Part shown: in pieces, positions 35,981 to 48,771 of the stretch
Layout of the letters: every line of letters starts with the position of its first letter
Position numbering within the stretch: the first letter of the stretch is position 1
Assembly: GCA_043228905.1 (NCBI GenBank)
Contig: JBHGNT010000203.1
Coordinates: 1 to 53,798, forward strand
Origin: Azolla caroliniana
Lineage: Eukaryota > Plantae > Polypodiophyta
Direction: 5' to 3'
DNA length: 53,798 nucleotides
The notes under the pieces: generated by a model
Seen by the model: only the letters and a program-made list of their open reading frames with translations
What the model was told of the DNA's origin: nothing
Database searches by the model: none
Made by a program: the position numbers and the translations under genes

Positions 35981-36367
35981 TTGGTTTATTCTGATATATT
36001 TTCCACTAGGTTGAGCCTTAACATTTGTAAATAAACTAAAGGCTCATGTAGAGAGGCCCTTGTAGAATGGTTTGGTTGGTGAGGTCATGATGCTCACAAA
36101 TGCAGATTAGTTTGTTTAAGATTCATGCTAAATTCTCATGTTGAATGTAGGGTTAGCCATTGCATGTTCATTTTGTTATGGCCAATATTTATGCATCGTG
36201 CATTTGGCATAGGGTACAACTGATGACTTTAATTATATTTGTTCAAGTTTCAAGGCTCAGGATGTACACACACAAAAACAAGGTGTATGGTTATTGAGGT
36301 GAATCCTTGTGCTTTTCCCTTTTGAGAGATTGCCCACATGTGAGGTTTTTTGTGTGCCCTAATTTTT

Positions 36368-36369
<2 letters not shown>

Positions 36370-36404
<35 letters not shown>
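36370..36404. repeat. (GT)n microsatellite
   Basis: Seen directly. Confidence 0.95.
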
Positions 36405-36409
<5 letters not shown>

Positions 36410-38431
36410 TAATTAAATTAGGCCATAGGTCCACTATACCAAGAAACCTTAGATGCTTGAAATATTCTAGCAAATTGAAAATAAGTTAGTTATATATTGG
36501 GGAGTGATGGTGACAATAAAAAGTAGTTTTCACTAGTCAAACTAGTGGAGTCATGCTTAGAATTCATGTCCTTGTCACATCTTTGTGCACAGATGCATAT
36601 GTCACAATTATACAAGCATGCACACACACATCGACAAAGTATAAGGTCACAATCAATACCTGGATGTATGCCAAGCTTCATTCATATTAGTATTTGTTAC
36701 TTTATGTTGACACTTAGAGATATCAAATAACTAGTACCCATTAGTGCCGAAATGAAAGAAGATTGGATAGTGCGAACATTAATGAGAATCTTTACTTTTA
36801 AATTATGCAAAAACATCTATTAGCACCCTATATTTGATAGATTATTGAAATTTGAGACATCCACAATTATATAAATTACTAGAATATTCCTCAACTTTCA
36901 TATATGACAAATAAACATTAGACATCACTACTTAATTGGACTTAAATGTTATTTAATTAAACTTAATACCCCCTTCACTAACTTGATCAACATTTGATTA
37001 AGCTTAACCACAAGTAGTGAATAATTGGGATGATTAGTTGTGCCACCTAAAATGTACCATGACTTTTATGGTAGTTTTAGGGCATCTGGGCATCCTAGTA
37101 AAAAGTTAAAAATTTGGAAATATTCTTGTGCTTTTACCTTTAAATAACTACAATTATAGTTTTGATGTAGCCAAATGCATCTTTGGTTTGACGTTGACTA
37201 AAATCAGCTTGCACTTGCAACATAATGATACTTATTTTGGTTGGGACTTTTACTTTCTTCATCCAAGACATATAATAGTTTGAAGGTGTACTCAAAAGAT
37301 TCTTTTTGTAGCGCGTGTACCACGCAACGTTTGCATGTCCTATGTCATGTTATGCAAAATTATGCTATGTGGAGGGAGAATTGCATAAATTTACCATACA
37401 GTTCATTTCTAACCTTAAGGGACGTTCATATGATAAGGTATATAAATATCTTGCTTCATAAAAGGAGATCAACAAAAAAAAAAGTTGGTATATTATAATT
37501 GCATGTATATGTATAGATACGATTTTATTTCAACTTTACTATGAAATGTACCATATGCATAGGGTATAGATTTAACAAATCGATGCAAAATAATTATTAT
37601 GGTTCATATTATTGGCAACAAGCATAAAGTGCAGGTTAATATGAGTAGAATTACACGGTTTGCAATAGAGTCAAATAAACGTTCATACACAGAAACAAAA
37701 TAAGTGCATACCGTACGTGCAACAGAAAAGGATGAAAACATCAATTGCATGTGGGCTTCATGATGATAAGAAAGCCTTTTCAAGTTGTCTCAGTTGCATA
37801 GTGGAATGATATTCCAAAATCCACACTTGCTGCATCTTTAAATGATGAAACAAATTTGGAGTATGGACCGAAAGGAAAGGATTTATAAGTGGAACATAGG
37901 GCCCATATTCTAAAACAAATTGTAGGATAAAATTAGAATGTGTTGCAATGAAGGATCTATTGTGTGGGAGAAATTCAACAAAAAAAACCTATAAACTCCA
38001 AAGTCAAAGACTGACAAGATAGAATTCTCTAGAATAATCACAGCAAGAAGATGATGGTGTACTAGGAGTGCTCTTTCAGTCTTTGTGTCTCCTAAATAGT
38101 TGGTAAATCGAACAAAGTGAGGTCCTACTCAATAGATAAGTGGATATGGAGTTTATACAAGTGACATGTAGGAATTGATACCTCTACCATGGTCTTTATG
38201 CTTATTTGCCTCTCCCTACATCAACATTAACAACTTATCCCGTTTAGAAATAATGTTGTCATATGTTGACCTTGCAATTTGTTTTCTCACAATGTATCCC
38301 CTTCTATACAAAATGATATAGCTCATATATTAGATATAGAGAAACATTGTTGTTTTCTCACCTAGTGCAAGTGTCTCTTTGAAATTTAGGTTTTTGTATT
38401 TCGTATGTAACGAGGAATCTAGTGAATATTC

Positions 38432-39188
38432 GCTAAGGTACCAATGAATTGTTACAAAGTTGTTTGAAACGAAAGTGGTTACGTTCAGCCATAGTAACAT
38501 ATCAATAAAAGATAAAGCCTAGCAAACAAAACATTTATGTAGAAAATCATACAAGAACAAGTTGAAGCATGGGTAGGGCTTCTAAGGTTTCTTTCAAACA
38601 AGAATATGACATGAATAAGAACCACCTAGAGTGTAACAATCACCGGGCAAATATTGTTGGGAAGGAGAAGTTGTAATTAGCCCTGAAGCAAATATCTTTC
38701 TCCCAAAAACCTGACCTTAACCTTGTCATTATTTATTCCTTCTATGTTTGTTGTAAGTTTAGAAGCTTGATGTACAATGGATTTAAGAGACTTGTAACTT
38801 ATCACATAAGGGTCAATATATGAGTTTTCATACAATGATCAAGCATGAGTGAGAACCAATGCCAGCAAAGGACTACGAACCAAGGTCATATATGACATAC
38901 AAACACTTTGAAGTAAAGTTGTGTGCAATTTTTTCCCTACCTCAAAATGGGACGAGTACCTAAAGTCTCTTAAATCCATTGTACATCAAGCTTCTAAATT
39001 CTTGAACCAACTAGAAATTTTGCAAGAGTAACCCCCACCATATGAAAGTAAACACTTTCATTTCAAACAAATTTGTAACAATTCATTGGTACCTTAGCCA
39101 CTTTCATTTCGAATGAGTTACATATTGTTACAAATGAATTGGCTAAGGTGCCAATGAATTGTTACAAATTTGTTTGAAACAAAAGTGG
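38432..39188. repeat. Nested inverted-repeat (foldback/MITE-like) structure upstream of the HIPP gene
   Basis: Perfect 36-bp inverted repeat at 38758-38793 / 38963-38998. A ~46-bp unit at 38432-38477 is inverted at 39053-39098 and direct again at 39142-39187. Confidence 0.85.
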
Positions 39189-39742
39189 CAAATGTGCAAA
39201 TCCTTGGAGCGATGATTACAAGGTGAGTGAGCTGCAGTTGGAGCTTTAGTTGGAGTTGGAGGTTGAGCCTTTCTATTTTGTTCATCTAATCTTCAATTCA
39301 GTCTTGAGGCGAAGCGCTCGAATGAGGACTAAAAGATACAGGGGCCCACCAAGCCCTCTGTACGTACAACTTATGGTCATCGTGTGTCAGCATATGACCT
39401 AATAAGACTCCCTGCCATCGGCCATTGCCATCAACATGTGAACTATCTAACTCTTCGCATTGCATTGAGTCACGAGGTTCGAAAGTGGGATCGTGTGTAC
39501 ATGGCCATGTTTTGCGACCGGACACTCACTTTCCAATCTTTCTTTCGATCGAACTAGTGTCACCTCCCCAACTTAATTGCATGGTACATATACATATACA
39601 TATATATGTATATAAAAACATAACAAAACCTTCTTTGGCCAAGTAAAACCCAAAGTCACTAAAACAGAGCAATTCCTTCCTTTCAGTGAGCACCTTCTTC
39701 TTCTTCTTCTTCACGAGAGAGACAGAGTTCCCAGACAGAGAG

Positions 39743-40530
39743 ATGGCGAATGACAAGAAAACAGAAGGTGGGAAAAATCCTACCAAAGTAGAGGTACTCG
39801 CTTCCTTCCTCTCATCTCTTTTCTAATATTTCTTCTCTCTTTTTTGATCTCGGTGTTTTCCTCCTCCTCCTTCTCTCATTCTATGTTTTTGCCTCATTTT
39901 AGCTCAGTGTGTCTTATCTCTCTTGTCTCTTTTGATGCTCTCCTTTAGACCATCCATTTGAAAGTATTCATACATTGTGAAGGTTGCAAGAAGAAAGTGA
40001 AGAGAACTCTCAACGGCATTGAAGGTAAAAAGTAATTGTTGATCCCTTTTCTCTTCTGCTTTTCTGAGTTAAAGCCATTATTTCTCTTTGATTTTGTCAG
40101 TCACTCTGCATTGTGCAAACCTTATGTCCATTACCGTGTGAAATACGCAGTAATATAAAGCTCGATGTCAATGGAAATGCCCTTGTCTATGTGTCCGCAT
40201 AAATAAGTAACTACTTTGATATGTGTTGGATATCATGGCAGTATCATTGCTTTCGTCTCCATTTACCATGTGAAATGCTGTAATGATATGCAGTTGACGT
40301 AGTGAAAGGCACTATATCATGGTAGATCAACATTGTTGACTTGTCCATTACCATATGAAATGCAGAGTAATATAAAAGGAGCGCTATGCCCTTGGATCAT
40401 GTATGGTGATCGTATTGTCATGTTTCTGCTGATCAGTTGGGTTAATGAAGCGGAAGAAGCAGCAATAGTAATAGTGGGGTTTAGGGATATGCACACTAAT
40501 GGAAGCCTATGCTAGGATTTAAGGGTTTAA

Positions 40531-40569
<39 letters not shown>

Positions 40570-41392
40570 AATGTATATATAGTGTTTAATGTGATGCATG
40601 CATACATGGGCGTGGACATGCATCCAAGTAGTATATATAATCTAGCTTGACCTACACATAGGAAAATAAATTATATCAGGGTTTGTGGCATCATACATGT
40701 GCTGCTGTTGCATTTGTACACATATCTTGTACGTGTACACATCTCATCCACATAAATTTGCTTGGTTTTTTTCTTCGAGCTCAATATCTCTTAAATTGTT
40801 TCATATGTTTAATTTAGGTGTGCAATCTGTGGATGTGGATGGGAGACTTGGAAAAGTGACTATAACAAGCACAATGGACTCTGCAGTGCTCATAAAAAAG
40901 CTCGAGAAGGCAGGCAAAATGGCTGAGCTCATTCCAAATGGCGGTGGTGGTGGCAAAGGGAAGGAACAGCCTAAAGGAGACAAGAAGGAAGCAAATGATG
41001 AGACAATAGGAGCAAAAGAGAATGAGAAGAAGGGTGCCAATGGAACGGAGAACAACAATGATGACACAAATAAGAAACCAAATAGCAAAAATCAAGAGAA
41101 CAACAAAAACAACAGCAATAGCAGTAACAATGGTCAAGGTGGTAAAAAGAAGAAAGGTGGTGGTGGTATGGAACTGAGTGTGGAGGCATCAAATGAATCA
41201 GGTGCAGGCATGGGCTCATCTTATGAATCGGGTGTGAATACGTTCAATGATCCGGGTATGAACAAAAACATGGCTAATAGGAACATTGCCCCGATGATGG
41301 TTGAGACAGGTTATTCCACCACCATGGAATCTGCAGAGTATGCAACCCATATGTTTAGTGATGAAAATGCCAACAATTGCATTATCATGTAG
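39743..41392 (+). CDS. Heavy-metal-associated isoprenylated plant protein (single HMA domain, CaaX). Exons 39743-39793, 39949-40024, 40818-41392
   Basis: LKVFIHCEGCKKKVKRTL (CxxC HMA motif), GVQSVDVD..KVTI..LIKKLEKAGKMAEL, Gly/Asn/Lys-rich linker, C-terminal MFSDENANNCIIM*. Confidence 0.95.
40533..40566. repeat. (TA)n microsatellite in a HIPP intron
   Basis: Seen directly. Confidence 0.95.
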
Positions 41393-43560
41393 GACCTCAT
41401 TTTTCCTTTATTTTTAACCATCATTATGAAATTAGTCTTTGTAGCCACCCCCCAATATTTCTTTTTGATAACCCAAATTATATTAGTCACCATATTTTTC
41501 ACGAAGATGAAATAAGAAAAGCTGGTATCCTGTCAGGAATCATGGACAAAAAAGGAACTGAGTTTATTTGTCTATAGGTAGTAAAAGACAAAGCACATGG
41601 AAAGAGGGTTAAAAAGACACCGCACCAAAAAACAAAACCTATAACCAGGAACCTTGGCATATACTGCAATGCAAGCAGATCCAAGAGCAGTTTTCAATGT
41701 AAATAATGTCTAATTGAGCAGAGTAGTTAAATTTTAAAAAGGATCTCTGGTGGCATTTATGTTCTATGCTGCGTTTGTATCAATTATATGTATCTCTGTC
41801 TCTGTCTCTCTGTATATAAACCCACATGTATATATATATCATGTGTATGTAACATTTTCATAAGCACGTGCATGCTCATTTACACAAGCACATCCACATC
41901 CATATCTATGCCACAAAGCGCATGTCTATACATATGCACAGGCACATGCATTTATATGATAGCGCATGTGCACATGAATATGAATGTGTATATTGTGAAA
42001 GTAGTTATTTGAGAGGACTAATGATTACTTGTCATTGTGGATGATTACTGAAATTTGATATAATTAGTATGAGTAATTTCAAGTAGACGTTTATTCTCTT
42101 TGGTAGTCACTACCATTGTAGCCAGATCCTAGACCTCCCACCAATATCTGTTTGTTAATCATCATCCATAAACGGAACTGAGCAAGAGTTTTGGATCAGA
42201 CTTAATGCAGCTTGGGTAAAAACAAAATACATCGTTTTGACCAAGTGTCAGATAGTTTTATTATTAAATGACACCTTGTATTCATGTTTAGTCACCAGCA
42301 TCTAGTTACTCAAGATCTTGTCAACAAGTTTGTTGGAATCTTTCAGGCAATTATAACAGCTAACTTTGTTGGAATCGACATGAAATGTTGGGACAACTCT
42401 ATGAGGGAATGCATATTTAGTTTTTATTTTCATTATGGCTAATGCATTATGTTTGTCTGTATTATTGTAGCCTATTACAGCTATGAATTATGATTATTTT
42501 AATTAATCTTATGACATTAAGAAACAATCAATCAATCATAAACGTACTCAAACATCATTCTTGATTTCCGTAAGATTCTTTAAAGCCCCCCACCACCAAT
42601 AGTTGTTTGCCTGAACTTGTATACGTCAAGTTGTAATCTTGTGTTCTAATAATCTTTCATAATCTACAGTGCTCTCTTAGTCATCTTTTCCATCTTGTGT
42701 ATTTTTAATCTAAAAATGAAAATATATCTCCACACCACTTTTAGGAAACATCTTTATAAAGATTAAAAGTGGAAAATTATTTACACCTCATCAATTCTTA
42801 CTCTTAGTGAATGATGATATACATATATACATACCCATGTTTTGTAACAAGAAAAGTACTTACTAATCTATTATGAAAATCTCAGTATTACTAACCTGTG
42901 TTTAATACCCCTTTCCATGGCAATGATCTCAAGTGTTTTCCACACCAACCCCTCAAGTATCCACCCTCCTCTAACATGGGCTATACTCCCAAAGACATTA
43001 TTGATATTGATGAAATTTACATAAATGGACTTATGAAGATTATGGAAATGTCATACTTAAACTAAAACTATGCCACCACACCATGGGGTAGAGCAACTTC
43101 AAATTTGTTTAAACTTGGTCAAATGTGTAGACACATAATAGCACACTCAAACTAGTTTTCCAATTACTAAACATGCAAATATGCATAGGCTTTGTCATGT
43201 TTCATTAGAAAAACATATTTCTTCTGATCAATCCACAAATGAAAATTCTCTGGCAAGGTAATGCTTATCAGTACTAATTCCAGGGAAGAAAAATATCATG
43301 ACTACAATGCTTCCTTTACATATATACTTTGGTTAAATGACTATTTACTATTTTGTTAAGATAAAACGCTAAAAATGTTAAAAAGGAATTCAATATATTA
43401 AGCACCTCATACTATATATACTACATACATATATGTACATGGATAATATTGTCACAGTTACAAAGTTTGCAGTGAGGGGAGGGGGCCTCAATGCAAGAAC
43501 CAAACAGTTGTTCTTCAGTACCTACACGGTGAAATATTCACAATGTTACTGTAATTCCAA

Positions 43561-46500
43561 TCAAGTTTCGGGTCTCCGAGGCATTACCCTGTAGAACTCA
43601 CAAAAAACTCCGGCATCCCATCTATTCAAATTCCTCTCGGTCAACCATTTCTTAAAAACCTAGAAAAGAATGGATATTTTCAACAAGCATGTAGCAAGGG
43701 ATGGTAGTTATTTGGATAGGTCAAACTGCATAAAGCAGGGAATTGCATTTAGGGTTAGTTATCTGGATCTTTTAAAATGCATATAGCATGGGATGTCAGA
43801 TAAACAGAATGTCAGAGAAAGCCTTCATTCTTGTATGTATATTTAAGGCTGAAGAAAGCTATTCTTGTTGGAACTACTTTCAATAGCTTGCCATTTTAAT
43901 CCATTCTTCCGTTCAGAAAATGAATCGACCAAATAGAAATATGAACTTTGGTTTGCATTGGTACTCTGATTGAAGTTACTTTTGATAGTGTCTAGAAAGA
44001 ACCCACACACTAATATTAGCTGGTCATTTCAAACCATTTTTGGTTCAGAAATGAATCGGTCATGTTGTAAAAAAGCTATGAACTCGGAACTTTAGCCAAG
44101 CATGCATTCTTGCTGATGTATTGACAACTTTTCATGTGATTTCTGCTACTCAACTGCTGGCCAAAAACAAGACGAGAAGCAGAATTTTTCGCATGCATTG
44201 AGAATATGCAAAACATACTGACTTGCTGATTCAAAGAATGTGTGCCTTAGTTTCGGAGCTGTGGTAACAGTATCAGAGGACAGAGAATCTTCTTTCTTGC
44301 TACATTTGTTATCATCAATCTCTGGCTTACTAACCTTATTCATTCCTATGCTTGCATGTTTTAACTCAGAGTTATCATCTTCACTAGTTGTGCTAGACTT
44401 GATACATGAGCCTTCATCCATTACTTGCGCATTGTCAACTACCTCTGTCACAAGGGCTTTATTCACAAATGTAGAAGACAGTCCACTTTTATCCATCATC
44501 TCTCCTTTATCTAACTCGAAAAGCTGTGTCTCTTGAACTCCATATTCATTCAAGCAATCATCTAACTGAATCTCATTAGTTCTACTGCAACTGATGGTCC
44601 TGTGAGATGGATTCATGTTTTGTGTTTCCATTGCTTTCGTGTTCCGAACATAGAAAAGTATATATGCTTTTTGCTCAAGCACGGTCCTTTCACTAACTTC
44701 AGAAACCTGGAACATGTTCAACCATCAATTGTTATGACAAATGCCGAATGTTGAATGCGGTAAATACCCAACAAGTTAAATATTTAGAACACACTCGGAA
44801 CATACCCTACTATCATCCATGAGATGCCACATATTTTTTAGTGTTCGCACAAAACAATAGTAGTGTCCCGAAGAGGTTGAACGACCAGAATGTACTAAGA
44901 CTGCAAACAATGAGTATTTCAAGTCTTTGTCCTGTTGGGATGTCCAAAACATGTATCACCAGCAATTATTACATAGGGAAAGTAATATATAGCATGAGAA
45001 TCGGTGCAAAAATTATTGAATACAAACAAATAACATGTACCATGCGATTCAATGCAGATTTGGGATAAAGACCCGTACGCATAATGAAGACATAAAATGA
45101 GAATCTAAAGCTCCAAGACCAAGTGTATACATGCAATAACTACATACAAACAAATAACATGTACCATGCAATTCAATGCAGATTTGGGATAAAGACCCGT
45201 ACGCATAATGAAGACATAAAATGAGAATCTAAAGCTCCAAGACCAAGTGTATACATGCAATAACTACACATGGCAAATAAGGCACAAAAATGAAATCTAG
45301 GGAAAATTTGTAGATTGATTACAAGCAATCACTAGAGAAGGCTAATAAGACGAACATACAATGAGATTAAGAGCAAGATTGTAGATTGTGTACCAGCAAT
45401 AATTAATAAGGCAACTAAAAAACGAGAATAGGATATAGTGCAAATTATAAATTTCTTATAAGAAATCAGTACAGAAGGAAAAGAAGATATATAATGAGAT
45501 TAAGTGCAAGATTCTAGATTGTATACAAGCACTTACTAGATAAAGTAAATAAGAATTAAAATGAAATGTAGGGCAAAGACTGTAGATCAAGATCAGGTGT
45601 AACAAGCTAAAATTGTATAAGGAAAATAGAGCACAATAATGAGATTAAGTGCAAGTTCGAAGATCAGAACAAGAGTATGAAGTAATTATCAGATGCATCA
45701 AAGAAGACACAAAAGGATATGTCGTACATGATATCAATTAAGCCCATTGTTTACAGAACACAAGTAATCATTTCATAAGAAATTAGATCAACATTATGGA
45801 TCGAGTCCATACCTCTCCCCCACTTACAAACGGCTTCAAGTCAAGAGTTCTATCAAATTGGATCTTCTTGTCTATTTTCCCCGAGCTACTGAAACGCTTA
45901 AAATGTACTGTGAGAACCTGAGGTGCGGTATCGATTGTAAACTGTTTCAATGCACGTACTTTTTTGTTACATTTGCTACATTGGTATCTATTGTCTCCAT
46001 CCAGGACCTCTACAGCAGTAAAGTGATTAAATGCCTTGTGCAAAGAATCTGCTCTTACAACTTCAAGGCTGAGATCTAGGAAAGGATCATAAGTGTTGGA
46101 ACAATGTGAGCACTGAGCGCACTTCACCTAGCCATCAACCAAAATATAAGCTTTTTTTGGCAAAAAGGATAAAAAAAAGAAGCAAAATAGATCTCCCAAA
46201 AAGCATTTATACTTGGCTTCTTAGTTGTCCTCCAAATACACTTTGGATGAAAGTTTCCCCTATAGGTAGTTCAATAGGAGAGCAATTTCTTAGTGCCTCT
46301 ATCAGATACCTCATGTATTCATGAGCGTCTTCTTGACGCCACATTCGGAAAGAACGTGAAATGCCTGGTATATTTCAATCATCAAGGAGGGACAAGATAT
46401 TAAATACCTTCTGCACGTTTCAATGCTCTTCATATAAGAGAAAACACAATAATAGGATACAGGTCAAGTTCTTCACAAGAGAAGTTGGGGAGATAATCCT

Positions 46501-47925
46501 TTCAGGTGATCTGAGAACCTCCTTTACGTGATGTTCCAAAGCACACATGGCACAAAATCCTGCAACTTTGCCTGCAAAAATAAAACAACGAAGGATAAAC
46601 TTATCACTCTTTCCGAAAGAGAGAAAGTTAATCGACATTCTTTTTTCTTTTCATTTTGAGATAAAATGTCATAGGAGCATGACTTTAAAAATGTTAGGAG
46701 CATGTGCTTGATACGTAAGAGGTCCTAGGATCATGGCATTATATGTTTGGCACATTCTTACAGGGAATAATCAGTTCAGATTTCCAAAACAATATTTATC
46801 TTGAGCAAAAATATATGCAAAGTTCCTCATTGGATTGATATCAAGATTCTGCGATCTCATCAAAGATTAAAGTTTGTAATTTCTTCATATACAACGCCCT
46901 TGAGATACCATTAGTTGACAGGATTCGCAATAAAGTACCAAACATATCAGATTCATCCAGATAACCTACTCTTGATGATCATTCAACACAAATCTACATC
47001 AAGAAATTTGGTAGTCTATACTCCAATATATATGATGCACTATTTTCTTGACCTCCCAGACTTTTTGTTTTCCCTTTTAGGTGTTCTCCACCAGCAACTT
47101 CAGAAAACTCAATCATCGTTTTAGTCAATGAGGGTTTTAAGTTTTCTAGTGAATAAACTTGTGACCATACAATTGCAAGAACCAGAAGAGGTGTTCTTGT
47201 GAGGAAAATCAAAGCTTACATGTCCTCTTATGAAGTCCATCGAGTAAGTAATGAGTGAGTGGAGGAGTGTAGGTGAGGCACTGGAGAACAGAGTTGAGGA
47301 AGCATGTGTTCCCCATGTTTGATAAACCAGACCCCTGATAATAATCAACGACACAACAATGGAAAGAAAATCAGGTCCACAAATAGTTAGCATTTCCATG
47401 TATGAAAGGGATTCAGAAAAAGGACCATGAATGCCTCAGGGCAACACGAGCATCAGAATGCATCACAGGAAGAACAACAACATGAAAATTATGTGGGTCT
47501 TGTGTACGTGTATATGTATATGTATATGTAGTAAATGTAGGTGTAGATGTTTACATATGTGCTCTACATATTGGAGTACGTGCATATTCGCATGTAGATA
47601 TAATATGTTATATGAATCATGTATATATAATATGTACCATATGTGTATCTATACTCACAATTCGAGGAAGAGGCAGAGACGACATGCTGATAATGATGTG
47701 ATGATCTGCAAAACCATCATTTTTCGTTGTGTTTTTGTACATGTTGTATGAGATGCTAATCGATTCTGATCTGTGTGCTGTCAATGGGGTCGAAATAATG
47801 GAGGAATCGAAGAAGGTACATGAATTAGGGCTGGAATTGTTATGGCAAGAAGAATGTTGCTGGTGATGTTGGTATTGATGGGGATTGAAGTGGATGGTGT
47901 GAGGAATTATGGAGCCAGTGGCCAT
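43561..47925 (-). CDS. Ubiquitin-specific protease (peptidase C19, UBP23/USP36-42-like). Exons 47925-47659, 47334-47220, 46571-46461, 46364-46213, 46127-45813, 44931-44806, 44706-44219; further 3' exons uncertain
   Basis: Cys box [24 protein letters not shown]; FCAMC; RQEDAHEY; DPFLDLSL; YQCSKC; LTVHFKRF; His box [14 protein letters not shown]; MDDS; AYILFY. The 3' end may stop near 44077 or extend to a last exon at 43659-43561. Confidence 0.9.
45021..45268. repeat. Intronic 124-bp tandem duplication (near-perfect)
   Basis: tacaaacaaataacatgtaccatgc... starts at 45021 and again at 45145. Confidence 0.95.
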
Positions 47926-47946
47926 TCTTCTCCTTAACTCTTCTTT

Positions 47947-47979
<33 letters not shown>

Positions 47980-48099
47980 TTGATCTTTTCCTTGGTTTCC
48001 TGCCTGCTTCTCGATCCTGCTTCTTTTCCTTTCTGCCTTCTATTGTCTTCTTTGTCTTCCTTTCTTCTGCAGCTGCTTTCGATTCTCGTAGAGTTCGCA

Positions 48100-48118
48100 G
48101 AGACAGAGAGACAAGGGC

Positions 48119-48164
<46 letters not shown>

Positions 48165-48560
48165 AGATGGTGTTGCTTTCTGCTTTCTGCTTTCTGCTTT
48201 CTGCTCTTCTTCTTCTTCTTCTTCTCCTCCCTCTCTGTCTATCTGTCTGTCTGTCTATCTGCTTACTGATCGTCTGTCTGCTCCTGCAGAAGGACCAAAC
48301 CATGACAGGCAGACAGGGGAAGAGGAGGGAGTCTAGAGAGAGAATCTAGAGAGAGAGAGGTCTTTTCTTTTTTTCCTTTCATCCTCTTCCATACAAAATT
48401 CAGAGATGAAAAGCCCCCCCCCCTCCCCCTCTCACCTTCTTTTTCTTTTTCTTTTTTTCTTTTTTTCAAATTTTTTTCTTCCTTTCTTTTTTCTTTTATA
48501 TGTATTTTTTCCTTTTTCTTTTTTCTTTTTTCCTGTTCCCCTTCCTTTTTCTCTAGGAAT

Positions 48561-48593
<33 letters not shown>

Positions 48594-48733
48594 GATGAAA
48601 AGACCCCTTTCCTTTTCTTTTTTCTTTTTCCTTTTTAATTTGTTTACATATATATTAATATATGTATTTTTTCTTTTTCTTTTTATTTTTTTATTTTTAC
48701 TTGTTTCCCTGCTCTCCCTTCCTCTGGGAATGG

Positions 48734-48770
<37 letters not shown>
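48100..48770. repeat. Low-complexity 5' region of the UBP gene: (GA)n, (CTT)n, (CTGT)n, T-rich tracts and a duplicated cccttcct..ggaatgg-(CT)n unit
   Basis: Seen directly. Confidence 0.85.
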
Positions 48771-48771
<1 letters not shown>

